Of a stretch of DNA of 48,512 nt, positions 9,142-17,810 are shown piece after piece. The notes beneath the pieces are model-generated. The model had not been told where the DNA came from, did no database searches, and saw only the letters and a program-made list of their open reading frames with translations. This DNA is from Candidatus Magasanikiibacteriota bacterium (GTDB taxonomy: Bacteria; Patescibacteriota; Patescibacteriia; Magasanikbacterales; UBA922), in NCBI GenBank assembly GCA_031973355.1, contig DALYDF010000001.1, positions 20,341 to 68,852 on the forward strand, given 5' to 3'. The position numbers and the translations under genes are program-made. Positions within the stretch are counted from its first letter, which is position 1. Every line of letters starts with the position of its first letter.

Positions 9142-11397
9142 CTATTGATCTGATTGCAGGGCCGATGGACTTGCCTCTTTAACTTTTTGAAGGCAGGTTT
9201 TTAAATTTGGTTGTAAAGTATTTGGTTGTAAGCCAAATACACAACCAGTATCAGTGTCCGCATCGGCGGTAACCTTAACACAATTTTTATTAATTTCATC
9301 ACTACCATTTACACTATCAGTAAATTCGCACTTCAGATTTGGGTTATTTACTCCTGGTTCATTTACTGGACCACGACCCGGATACATACAATTTTGGTTG
9401 TCGCCTTTAACTGAACTGGAGACAAAGGTAAAATAATATAAATCTAACCCACCTGGACCAAATTCTCGCGGGTGCTGAATTTGCGCAAAAGTAGTTTTAT
9501 TTTCTGGAATTTCTCCCATTTGGAAATAATACGGAAAATCTTCCAATGGAACTTTATCTGCCCCTAATACATTTTGTGGATATTCAATAATTCCGGCACT
9601 GTTTGGAATGGTATTATACCACATTGCCTTACTGAAATAAATCTCCACAACTTCATTTCCTTTGACCCCTTCTGCCTCTACGTTAGGCTTAACTTGAGTG
9701 ATGTACGGAATCTCCCGGTCAATTTCATTTTTAACTTTAAAATTCCACAAATAATTGTCTGGATTGCTTTCTAATGGACCAATGGTTTTAATACTACCCG
9801 CAGGCAGTGGTGGTTTGTGAATCCAGGCCGAACCAGCCTCTCCACCTTTAGCCAAAACTCCATCTGCTTGATTATTTGGACCATTATCCAAGGCATTATC
9901 CGCCATATCCATTACCCCAGTATTTGGTTGAGACACAAAATTATTATCAGCGGGATTTTGTAAAAAGGCGGTCCGTACTAAGGTTGAGTAATTTTCCGTA
10001 CACACCGTATCGGTTGGTGCACAGGTGGTTGGCAAACAATACATTTTTTCACCACAACTATTTTGCCCACACTCTTCACTCGGCACAAATTCTATGGTGC
10101 GGTACCCATTAGAAATTCGCCATTCACCGGTAATATTTGGGTTATTGAAAATAATATTACTAAAATTACTGGCTGGTCCAGACACCCCTTGGGTGACCGA
10201 CGGATCAACCGGCTCATTAAAAGTAATTTGGATAATTTTATTACGCGCCATCACTTCACCTGCTTGTGGACGAGTAGACACAACTGACGGCGGAGTAAGA
10301 TCGACAGTGGTGCTGGCTTCAAAATTCCAACTATAAAATTTACTAATAAATTGTTGAGGGAAAATATCTGTACCGTCTAACCGTTTAATCCCGAAGGTAT
10401 TTTGGGTGCCACCCATTAATTTAACGGTGTACCAGGTATTAGCAGAATCACTACCTAAATATTGTAATGGTTTAAAGGTAAACACCGTGGCTTTTTTCTC
10501 GGCGTCATACACCGCAATCGCGGCGGCAGTAGACAATGTTTTTTGGGTACTCGTTGCCTGACTTTTTGGGAAAATTTGAATAGTATCAGTTCGTAACAAA
10601 TCACATTCAGTTTCTAAATTAAGACCTGGTGTACCATCAAAATCTAAACAATCACCATAGTACGGTAATGGCTGCCCATTGGTTGGACCGCTCGTAGACA
10701 AGGCACACACCTCACCAACATTAGTGTCAGGAATTCGCACTGGTATAGAACTACCATCTTTGGGCCAGCAAGTTTTATTAGTATTACTAATTAAACTACT
10801 TGGTAATATTGGCTCAGCAAACGTAACGGCGATTTTAGTATTACGAGCCACATTTACCTGGTTTGGGCGCGGATAGTGATCTTTAATTACTGACCCTAAA
10901 CCACCACTACCGATGTATGAAGCAAAAAATGGTTGTGGACCACCGTCATTTTGTCCATTATTTCCTTGGCCACCAAAAACATCATTAAGTGATTTGAAAA
11001 TAAATTGCACAATTGCAAAGGTGGACATAATAATTACCAGGCCCACCACGGCATTGGTTAACACTTTTTTTCCTTGTAATACCTTTTCTTCATTACCGGC
11101 CGAAGTCATGATCAAAAAACCACCATACAAAACTAAACCAAAAGCAATAATTCCCAACAAACCTAAGATAACGTTAATAATTCGGCCAGCCACGGTCCGA
11201 ATATCATCATTACCTAAAATAATCGTATCTTGAATTGGCTGAAGACCTAAAACATCTTGATTATCAGCTTGCGCGAGCACAGATACTGGGTTTAAAACCA
11301 GTGTAAAAAAAACAAAAATCATTGCCATTAATTTGACAACGATTTTTTCGTGAATTTTCTTAGCCAGAATCCGAGGAAGCATGAACCCGGGACTCAA
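9142..11397 (-). CDS. Large secreted/membrane-anchored protein (751 aa) with T4SS-pilin-like N-terminal module and Ig-like (SbsA/Big_5-type) domains
   Basis: ORF track. The hydrophobic N-terminus and the segment IINVILGLLGIIAFGLVLYGGFLIMTSAGNEEKVLQGKKVLTNAVVGLVIIMSTFAIVQF are paralogous to the N-terminus of the downstream giant ORF. Motifs 'VTFAEPILPSS' and 'ITFNEPVDPS' are typical of Big_5-like Ig domains. The start codon is uncertain (M1/M6/M24/M26). Confidence 0.8.
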   Translation of the reverse strand: MSPGFMLPRILAKKIHEKIVVKLMAMIFVFFTLVLNPVSVLAQADNQDVLGLQPIQDTIILGNDDIRTVAGRIINVILGLLGIIAFGLVLYGGFLIMTSAGNEEKVLQGKKVLTNAVVGLVIIMSTFAIVQFIFKSLNDVFGGQGNNGQNDGGPQPFFASYIGSGGLGSVIKDHYPRPNQVNVARNTKIAVTFAEPILPSSLISNTNKTCWPKDGSSIPVRIPDTNVGEVCALSTSGPTNGQPLPYYGDCLDFDGTPGLNLETECDLLRTDTIQIFPKSQATSTQKTLSTAAAIAVYDAEKKATVFTFKPLQYLGSDSANTWYTVKLMGGTQNTFGIKRLDGTDIFPQQFISKFYSWNFEASTTVDLTPPSVVSTRPQAGEVMARNKIIQITFNEPVDPSVTQGVSGPASNFSNIIFNNPNITGEWRISNGYRTIEFVPSEECGQNSCGEKMYCLPTTCAPTDTVCTENYSTLVRTAFLQNPADNNFVSQPNTGVMDMADNALDNGPNNQADGVLAKGGEAGSAWIHKPPLPAGSIKTIGPLESNPDNYLWNFKVKNEIDREIPYITQVKPNVEAEGVKGNEVVEIYFSKAMWYNTIPNSAGIIEYPQNVLGADKVPLEDFPYYFQMGEIPENKTTFAQIQHPREFGPGGLDLYYFTFVSSSVKGDNQNCMYPGRGPVNEPGVNNPNLKCEFTDSVNGSDEINKNCVKVTADADTDTGCVFGLQPNTLQPNLKTCLQKVKEASPSALQSDQ

Positions 11398-11414
11398 AAA
11401 TAAATTGACTAACC

Positions 11415-11861
11415 TTATGCGGCGATCTGTTTTAAGATTGCTGCGCGCACACGGTTGCCATCGGCCCGACCTTTGACCCGGTTCATTACCGCGCCAGTGG
11501 CCTTGCCGCTTTCCTTTTCAGTAAGTGCTCCCAATCCCGCTAGAACTTCAGCTACGACATTAGCCAGTTCAGCGTCACTTAACTGTTCAGGTAAAAAGCT
11601 TTGTAGCAATTTTATTTCGGTATTGGTTTTTTCAACTAAATCAACTCGAGCGGCCTTAGTAAAATCTACTAACGCATCGCTCAATTGTTTTACTTGTTTA
11701 GCAATTACAGTTTCCACTTCACTGTCAGTTAACACACTACCGCGATTAATCTCATCGTTTTTAATCGCTGAGAGCACTCCTTGAAGTGAATCAAGGGTAG
11801 TACTATCATGATTTTTACGAGCAGTTTCTCGGGCGGTTTTTAACGCAGTAAGTAATTCCAT
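11415..11861 (-). CDS. GatB/YqeY domain-containing protein
   Basis: ORF track (153 aa). Length and pattern are YqeY-like (ALKARE-type helix, VIAKQVKQ, GKATGAVM). The ATG at 11861 lies 1 nt after the rpsU stop. The ORF-track start at 11876 would overlap rpsU by 14 nt. Confidence 0.7.
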   Translation of the reverse strand: MELLTALKTARETARKNHDSTTLDSLQGVLSAIKNDEINRGSVLTDSEVETVIAKQVKQLSDALVDFTKAARVDLVEKTNTEIKLLQSFLPEQLSDAELANVVAEVLAGLGALTEKESGKATGAVMNRVKGRADGNRVRAAILKQIAA

Positions 11862-11862
11862 A

Positions 11863-12114
11863 TTATTTGGCAGCACGACGGTAAGCTTCTAAATCTTTTT
11901 TAGACATTTTACCAGTGTTTTTCAAATATTCCATTCTTCCTTTTTTCTCTAAGCGAGCCAAAGCTGATTGCCGACGAACGCGTTTAGTGCGTTTACCAGT
12001 AAATACTTGGCCTTTGCGAACTTCAAGAATCCGGCCTGAATCCTGCCAACTTTTTTTAGTACGGCGGAGAAAAGCGTCAAAAGATTCACCTTTTTTTCTT
12101 AATGTTTGTGACAC
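11863..12114 (-). CDS. rpsU: 30S ribosomal protein S21
   Basis: ORF-track frame. S21-like core GESFDAFLRRTKKSWQDSGRILEVRKGQVFTGKRTKRVRR. The GTG at 12114 is preceded by GGGAGGTG (SD) at proper spacing. The upstream part of the tracked ORF overlaps the promoter. Confidence 0.75.
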   Translation of the reverse strand: MSQTLRKKGESFDAFLRRTKKSWQDSGRILEVRKGQVFTGKRTKRVRRQSALARLEKKGRMEYLKNTGKMSKKDLEAYRRAAK

Positions 12115-12151
12115 AATGTTCACCTCCCGGTGACTTAAAAATAATACCCTA

Positions 12152-12180
12152 ATCTTAGCCGAAAAAACCACTTCTGTCAA
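12152..12180 (-). promoter_or_regulatory. sigma70-type promoter for rpsU operon
   Basis: Minus strand: TTGACA (12180-12175), 17 nt, TAAGAT (12157-12152), directly after the hisS stop. Confidence 0.55.
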
Positions 12181-12181
12181 A

Positions 12182-13576
12182 TTAGACAGCCAAGATCTTT
12201 AAAATAGCCGTTTTAAGCTTTTTTTGGTCCACAATTTCTTGGTTACCTGACTCCATATTGCGAATCAAAACCGTCCCATCCAAGACTTCTTTTTGACCCA
12301 AAATTAAAGTATGGGTTGTGTTATATTTATTAGCCAATTCCATTTGATTTTTCAAGGATGATTTGGCTAAATTATGTCGTACCACAATGCCATTTTGACG
12401 CAATTCTTCAATTAATTTTAGCGTTCGACGACGAGCCTGTTCACCTAACTGAGCAAAGAAAATAACCGGCTTACCATCATTTTTTACTTCTAATTTTTGT
12501 TCGTGTCGTTCTACTGCCGCAAATATTCGTTCCATACCCAAGGCAAACCCAGCGGCTGGCGTTGGTTGACCACCTAACTGTTCGATTAACAAATCATACC
12601 GACCGCCACCACCTAGAGCACTTTGGGCAGTTTCAGTGGTTGAATCTTCGTAAAATTCAAACACGGTGTGGGTGTAATAATCTAAACCACGCACCAAGGT
12701 TGGAGTTAATACATACGGAATTCCCAATTCATCCAAATACTCAAGCACACTCATAAAGAAAGCTTTGGAAGTGTCAGCCAACCAATCCACGATTTGCGGA
12801 GCTTCAGCGACCACACCCGCGCAACTTTCTACCTTACAATCTAAAATCCGTAACGGATTTTTAAGTAAGCGTTTCTTACAATCTTCACACAAATAGGCTC
12901 GTTTGCCGCGGAAATATCCAACTAATTCCACTAAATATTGTTCACGGTCTTGTGGTGTACCGAGTGAATTAATCCGCACGGTTACTTCCAATCCCAAATC
13001 GCGTAAAAAATTATACCCAACCGCAATTAATTCGGCGTCGATAACCGGAGCTGTTTCACCAATGGTTTCACAATCAAATTGGTGAAACTCACGATACCGA
13101 CCAGCTTGTGGACGATCATATCGAAATGCTGGACCAATACTCCACATTTTTACTGGCTGTGGTTGGTTATGCAACCCATGCATAATAAAAGCGCGGGCTA
13201 CTGAAGCCGTCATTTCTGGACGCAAACACAGTTTTCCACCATCACGGTCTTCAAACACATACATTTCTTTATCTACTACGTCTGTTCCCTTTCCCACTGC
13301 GCGTACGAACAAACTAGCCATTTCTACTACTGGTGTTTCAAAAAAATGAAAATCATACGCAGTCGCAATATCAGTAGCTTTACGCACCATTTTTAACCAC
13401 AAATCTCCTTGTGGTGGCAAAGTATCTTTCATGCCACGCACCAAGGCCAACTGACTGGCCAGTTTTTTATTTGTTTCTTCAGTGGCTACAACTTTTTTAA
13501 CCACAGCTGGTTTTACTTCCTTTGCTACTGGCTTACTGGCTGGAGCTTTTTTTTTAACTTCTTTTTTTGTAGACAT
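12182..13576 (-). CDS. hisS: Histidine--tRNA ligase with ~40-aa Lys-rich N-terminal extension
   Basis: Class II HisRS motifs: LRPEMTASVARA, FRYDRPQAGRYREFHQFDCE, GGGGRYD, GFALGMERI. The likely ATG at 13576 (MSTKKEVKKK...) is 10 nt after the lepB stop. The tracked ORF start at 13717 lies inside lepB. Confidence 0.9.
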   Translation of the reverse strand: MSTKKEVKKKAPASKPVAKEVKPAVVKKVVATEETNKKLASQLALVRGMKDTLPPQGDLWLKMVRKATDIATAYDFHFFETPVVEMASLFVRAVGKGTDVVDKEMYVFEDRDGGKLCLRPEMTASVARAFIMHGLHNQPQPVKMWSIGPAFRYDRPQAGRYREFHQFDCETIGETAPVIDAELIAVGYNFLRDLGLEVTVRINSLGTPQDREQYLVELVGYFRGKRAYLCEDCKKRLLKNPLRILDCKVESCAGVVAEAPQIVDWLADTSKAFFMSVLEYLDELGIPYVLTPTLVRGLDYYTHTVFEFYEDSTTETAQSALGGGGRYDLLIEQLGGQPTPAAGFALGMERIFAAVERHEQKLEVKNDGKPVIFFAQLGEQARRRTLKLIEELRQNGIVVRHNLAKSSLKNQMELANKYNTTHTLILGQKEVLDGTVLIRNMESGNQEIVDQKKLKTAILKILAV

Positions 13577-13586
13577 AATTAACAAA

Positions 13587-14195
13587 TTAATAGGTTGGAG
13601 AATTAAAGGTACCAATTCGGGAAATAGGCCAGCCACGTAACCAGACTCGACCAACCATATCGGCTCGATCGATCGCACCAAACCGACGCGAATCAAAACT
13701 AGCATCGCGATTATCACCCATCACAAAATATTGATTTTGCCCCAAAGTAATGGTTACCGTTCCTGGTGTTTCTTCTGTCAAATAAATTTCTGATAAAATC
13801 ATTCCTTGTGGGTTCGCTTCGTTATACACCACCACTTTATTACCATCTACTTTAATGCGTTCACCCGGTAACCCAATAATTCTTTTAAGAAAATAATCAT
13901 CAGTAGCACGATAATGGAAAACCACTACTTCCCCCCGCTGCGGCACACGAAACCGATAGGATAATTCATCAATAATCAAATAATCTCGTTCTTCAAAATT
14001 TGGCTCCATTGATTGACCTTTTACATAAAAAGGTTTAAATAGAAAATAACGAACCAAACCAATGGTAATTCCGGCTAATATGGCAATCTTAATTAATTCC
14101 AGCAAAAAACTGCCAGCTCGACTAATAAAACTAGCCCGATGCTCGGTTTGTACATTATCTAAAAGCTGATCAACCTCGGTTTCTTGGTTGTCCAT
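13587..14195 (-). CDS. lepB: Signal peptidase I
   Basis: ORF track. It has a TM helix plus the catalytic boxes GQSMEPN, KRIIGLPGE and GDNRDASFDSR. Confidence 0.9.
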   Translation of the reverse strand: MDNQETEVDQLLDNVQTEHRASFISRAGSFLLELIKIAILAGITIGLVRYFLFKPFYVKGQSMEPNFEERDYLIIDELSYRFRVPQRGEVVVFHYRATDDYFLKRIIGLPGERIKVDGNKVVVYNEANPQGMILSEIYLTEETPGTVTITLGQNQYFVMGDNRDASFDSRRFGAIDRADMVGRVWLRGWPISRIGTFNSPTY

Positions 14196-14213
14196 ATGAT
14201 ATAAATATGCTTC

Positions 14214-14243
14214 AGTATACTGTTTTTAGGGGGGTTTTGTCAA
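14214..14243 (-). promoter_or_regulatory. sigma70-type promoter for lepB-hisS
   Basis: Minus strand: TTGACA (14243-14238), 18 nt, TATACT (14219-14214), about 20 nt upstream of the lepB ATG. Confidence 0.55.
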
Positions 14244-14293
14244 CCTTTGGCTCTTTTTAGATAGCAAATACGATTGATTAAATTATGAATAAT

Positions 14294-14318
14294 AAAACCC
14301 GCCTTATCAGCGAGTTTT
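14294..14318 (-). terminator. Intrinsic terminator after the 859-aa gene
   Basis: Minus strand AAAACUCGC-UGAUAAG-GCGGGUUUU, a 9-bp stem including one G.U pair, running into a U-tract. Confidence 0.65.
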
Positions 14319-14339
14319 ATTATTCAAATGTATGATTCT

Positions 14340-16919
14340 TTAACGAACCATCATTAAATCATCAATTCCTTCACTAATTGGGGTAGACCCGTAGTCAATG
14401 TCCACTTTGTAAATCAAATCTGGAGATTGGAATCCAAAATAAACAATACTCGATTCAGAAACAGTCCGTTTGGCTGTAGTTATCACTTTCCCAAAAGGGC
14501 CATACACGGTGATGTTTGCTTCTACTTTTTGACCATATAAATTTGCTGGCCCAACCAAGTAAAAGCCCATAGCCTTAACCGGAGTATTAAAGCCTAGATA
14601 CAACGGATCATTAGAACTATTTTTTGGAGAAGTAGCATTATTACTAATGGAATAAGCACCAGACGAAGTTTTGGCACCACCACGATTATAATCATTTACA
14701 TAAATCGCTTTACCGTTGTTTGACCAAATTGTTACTCCGTACAAAGAAACATATTTAGTAATCACTTCACCAACAGTATCTTCAAAATCAACTGTCTTAG
14801 GTTGTAATGCTTTAAGATCAGTGAGGGAAATTTCACCTGTTGTGGTGATTGTTGGGTTTGGTGGCGTTACTACTATTGGAGCTTTGAACAAAAAGTAACG
14901 ATAATCTGACCATGCGCCTTTCACATATTCATTTGTCGCGCTATCAAGGAAAACAGGGCGAGCGCGCAAACGATATGATTTACCATCAGCAAAAGGTCCG
15001 ATCGTGGTATTTACATAGCCATTTTCACTTTGGGATAAATTTATCTGACTCGTATTACTCCAATTCCCAGCTTGGCAATCAAAACAATCTACTGTTAATT
15101 CATAATGTTTTGAATTTGGAACTGTGGTAAATTTAACCGATACCGTTGTTTCATTATTTACAAACACCTGATTAGCACTTGGCATCACCACGCTTGGCGC
15201 TGTGCTTAAGTAGGGGTTTACAGTTGCCTTAGCTGGAATCTTGATGTGAATCGCAATTACATCATCAACTTCCACAGGCATATTCGGCACGCGTGAAACA
15301 CCATCATTGTTTCGCACATAAGCCAAGACAGTTACATACTTACCACGATAATAATCCGTTACGTTAAACGTAGCACCATTACTAAAAGCAGAGAAACTAA
15401 GATTTGAAACTAAATTTTTAGCCAAATTTTCATCAAAATTACTGGAACCTGTATTGGAATTTACCCAAATATAACCATACGTGTAATTTGCTGAAGGAGC
15501 CTTAACTGAACGATTAACCCGCAAGGTGAATTGATTGATACCACTTGGAATATCAATTAGTTGTTTAGCGGCATAACCTTTTAAGCGCAGGTATCCTGAA
15601 TTGGCATATCCAAGCAATTCATTATTTGTGTTATACAAACTGAGCGTATCAATAATATGAGAACTATCAGGAACCACCGTGGTATTTTTACCTGGCACAT
15701 ACACACGCATAACCGCAATATCATCAACTTCAGTAGCCATGCCTGGTACCGATGAAATACCATCATTATTACGCACAAAAGCGTACACCATCAACCAACG
15801 ATCTCCGCTATCACCATACAATTCATCAGTAATATCATATCGAGTCGCTTGAGGAGAACTACTGAAAGTTAAATTAGAGGTAATTTCACTAGTAAGTGCC
15901 TTATTAAATTCTGGTTTTTCTTTCTTCATGTCGACAGCAAAAGAATAGGAAAAATTTCCTGAACTTTTTGTGGTTATTGCATAACGCAAACCACTTTGAC
16001 CTTTTGGCAAAGCCACTTCATCTGGATACCATGGAAAAGATCCATCAGATCCATAACTAATGTCAGTTTTAGCATTTACATTTCCTGTTTGAGGGTTAGA
16101 AACACTAAACAATGAAATCAAATCAGTTCCAGAAACACCAGGCGTGATTGGATTAACTGGAGACACAGGAGCAACGGGCACCTCAGGCACGGCACCTACA
16201 CCACCTAATTGGGTTGGATCAGCCAAAATTTCTGCTACAGTAGTAGTCTCAGTACTAAGTGGTACATTTTCCAGCATAGACTGTCTAATACCCTGCACAT
16301 CTTTATTCAAAAAAGTAGGTATAGAACCAAGAACTTTTTTCAACTTACCCTCAGATACGAAATACACTTGAGGATTATCTTCAATAACAACTAACTGTCC
16401 ATTAACTGATTTAATATTTTCAACATCTGAACCAATTTTTAAATTAGAATCAAAGGCATCAGATAATAAACGAATTTTAGTTGGCCAATTATTTCCAAAT
16501 AAAACTACAGCAGTACTTTCATTTGTAATACGGTGTTTAGTATTATTTGGACCAACCGCATAAACTGTTGGAGAAACAGCTGTTTTAACTAATCGTGAAC
16601 CTGGTCGATAATTTACGCCACCACCAGTTGGATATTCATCCACACAAATCGGATCAATAGTAACAATTCCAGAATAATCACTATACCAAGTACTATATAC
16701 TTCACTATTAGGAAAATACATTCGTTTGTGATCTTTGTTGACGATATACACCGCCGGGTAATTCGCAACCTTAAAACGAGTACCGGCACTTAATTCTGCA
16801 CAATTAGTGGCCTGAACTAAAGATGGTACCCAAACCGACAAACTCAAACTAGACACCAATACCCCTCCCACAGTGACTGCAGAAAAAAATTGACGAGTTT
16901 TTTTAAAAAAAACACTCAT
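14340..16919 (-). CDS. Secreted hypothetical protein (859 aa) with internally duplicated beta-rich module
   Basis: ORF track. Signal peptide: MSVFFKKTRQFFSAVTVGGVLVSSLSLSVWVPSLVQA. Two paralogous segments: YAFVRNNDGISSVPGMATEVDDIAVMRVYVPGK and AYVRNNDGVSRVPNMPVEVDDVIAIHIKIPAK. Confidence 0.8.
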   Translation of the reverse strand: MSVFFKKTRQFFSAVTVGGVLVSSLSLSVWVPSLVQATNCAELSAGTRFKVANYPAVYIVNKDHKRMYFPNSEVYSTWYSDYSGIVTIDPICVDEYPTGGGVNYRPGSRLVKTAVSPTVYAVGPNNTKHRITNESTAVVLFGNNWPTKIRLLSDAFDSNLKIGSDVENIKSVNGQLVVIEDNPQVYFVSEGKLKKVLGSIPTFLNKDVQGIRQSMLENVPLSTETTTVAEILADPTQLGGVGAVPEVPVAPVSPVNPITPGVSGTDLISLFSVSNPQTGNVNAKTDISYGSDGSFPWYPDEVALPKGQSGLRYAITTKSSGNFSYSFAVDMKKEKPEFNKALTSEITSNLTFSSSPQATRYDITDELYGDSGDRWLMVYAFVRNNDGISSVPGMATEVDDIAVMRVYVPGKNTTVVPDSSHIIDTLSLYNTNNELLGYANSGYLRLKGYAAKQLIDIPSGINQFTLRVNRSVKAPSANYTYGYIWVNSNTGSSNFDENLAKNLVSNLSFSAFSNGATFNVTDYYRGKYVTVLAYVRNNDGVSRVPNMPVEVDDVIAIHIKIPAKATVNPYLSTAPSVVMPSANQVFVNNETTVSVKFTTVPNSKHYELTVDCFDCQAGNWSNTSQINLSQSENGYVNTTIGPFADGKSYRLRARPVFLDSATNEYVKGAWSDYRYFLFKAPIVVTPPNPTITTTGEISLTDLKALQPKTVDFEDTVGEVITKYVSLYGVTIWSNNGKAIYVNDYNRGGAKTSSGAYSISNNATSPKNSSNDPLYLGFNTPVKAMGFYLVGPANLYGQKVEANITVYGPFGKVITTAKRTVSESSIVYFGFQSPDLIYKVDIDYGSTPISEGIDDLMMVR

Positions 16920-17013
16920 ACCTTAATAAATTAACTACTTAAATACGTAGTGAATTTATTATACTCTCTCTTTAAATAATTAACACCCCCCCCTGTGTAC
17001 AGGTACAATTTAG

Positions 17014-17043
17014 CACAAAAAAACAACCCTTTTCAGGATTGTT
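17014..17043 (-). terminator. Intrinsic terminator after tRNA-Val/tRNA-Ile
   Basis: Minus strand AACAAUCC-UGAAAA-GGGUUGUU followed by UUUUUUU. Confidence 0.65.
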
Positions 17044-17066
17044 TTTTAAATCGTACCAATTCGGTG

Positions 17067-17140
17067 TGGGCGTGGATGGAGTCGAACCATCGACCTTTAC
17101 ATTATCAGTGTAACGCTCTAACCAACTGAGCTACACGCCC
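17067..17140 (-). tRNA. tRNA-Ile (anticodon GAT)
   Basis: Minus strand GGGCGTGTAGCTCAGTTGGTTAGAGCGTTACACTGATAATGTAAAGGTCGATGGTTCGACTCCATCCACGCCCA. It folds as a canonical cloverleaf with anticodon loop CTGATAA. CCA is not encoded. Confidence 0.92.
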
Positions 17141-17169
17141 TTTTAAAGTTCTATACACTAAAACTTTAG

Positions 17170-17243
17170 TGGACCAAAGAGGATTCGAACCTCTGACCTT
17201 CACAATGTCAATGTGACGCTCTAACCAACTGAGCTATTGGTCC
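17170..17243 (-). tRNA. tRNA-Val (anticodon GAC)
   Basis: Minus strand GGACCAATAGCTCAGTTGGTTAGAGCGTCACATTGACATTGTGAAGGTCAGAGGTTCGAATCCTCTTTGGTCCA. It folds as a canonical cloverleaf with anticodon loop TTGACAT. CCA is not encoded. Confidence 0.92.
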
Positions 17244-17282
17244 ATGCCCTGCCCAAACCCTTGAGCTGGGCAAGAAAGAAAA

Positions 17283-17666
17283 CTAGATGTCTAAACCACC
17301 AATGTCATCAAGCGCACTAGTATCAACATCAGCCATATTAGTTGGGGCTGGAGCGGTACCTGGTTGAGTAGTTTGTGGGCGATCTTCACGAGCAAACCGA
17401 GGACCACGGCCACCTTCTGGTTCATTAATTTTCAAATTAACTGAAGCATTATTTTTCGCACCAACAACGCGGAGCAAAGTACGAATTGCGCGCACAGTTT
17501 GACCTTGACGGCCAATTACATAACCAATATCAGTAGCTGCTACATCCAAAGTAATCAATACACCTCGTTCATCAACCGTCCGAGTAGCTTTTACGGCATC
17601 TGGATTATTGACAATCGACTTAACGATCATTTCTAAAAACTGTTGGTCTTGTTGCATTTCTGCCAT
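17283..17666 (-). CDS. KH-domain RNA-binding protein (YlqC/UPF0109-like) with disordered C-terminal tail
   Basis: ORF track. It has a KH GxxG motif (IGRQGQTVRAIRTLL) and the typical position next to rpsP. Confidence 0.8.
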   Translation of the reverse strand: MAEMQQDQQFLEMIVKSIVNNPDAVKATRTVDERGVLITLDVAATDIGYVIGRQGQTVRAIRTLLRVVGAKNNASVNLKINEPEGGRGPRFAREDRPQTTQPGTAPAPTNMADVDTSALDDIGGLDI

Positions 17667-17762
17667 ACACTTACTTTAAACAATGAGTAATTCGTGGAGC
17701 GGGCTCTAAACTTTAGCCGCTCCAGCGTCATAAGAATAGCAGAGCTGAGGGTTTAAGTCAAG

Positions 17763-17789
17763 AAAAAAAGCCCAGTCACGGGCTTTTTT
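17763..17789 (-). terminator. Hairpin/U-tract between rpsP and KH gene (terminator or attenuator)
   Basis: AAAAAAAGCCC-AGTCAC-GGGCTTTTTT; the hairpin is symmetric and flanked by A and T runs. Confidence 0.55.
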
Positions 17790-17810
17790 ATATTCACAGA
17801 TTGTGGACAA

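Noticed and set aside
8754-11233. Plus-strand ORFs of 142 aa (8754-9182) and 106 aa (10913-11233), which resemble each other.
   Set aside because: Both are antisense to the paralogous membrane-hairpin modules of the two surface-protein genes. Their similarity only mirrors the sense-strand paralogy, and they lack start signals.
14340-16919. The internal repeat in the 859-aa gene as a possible DGR template/variable-repeat pair.
   Set aside because: The two copies differ at all base types rather than being adenine-specific. They are in frame within one gene, and no reverse transcriptase gene is in the window.
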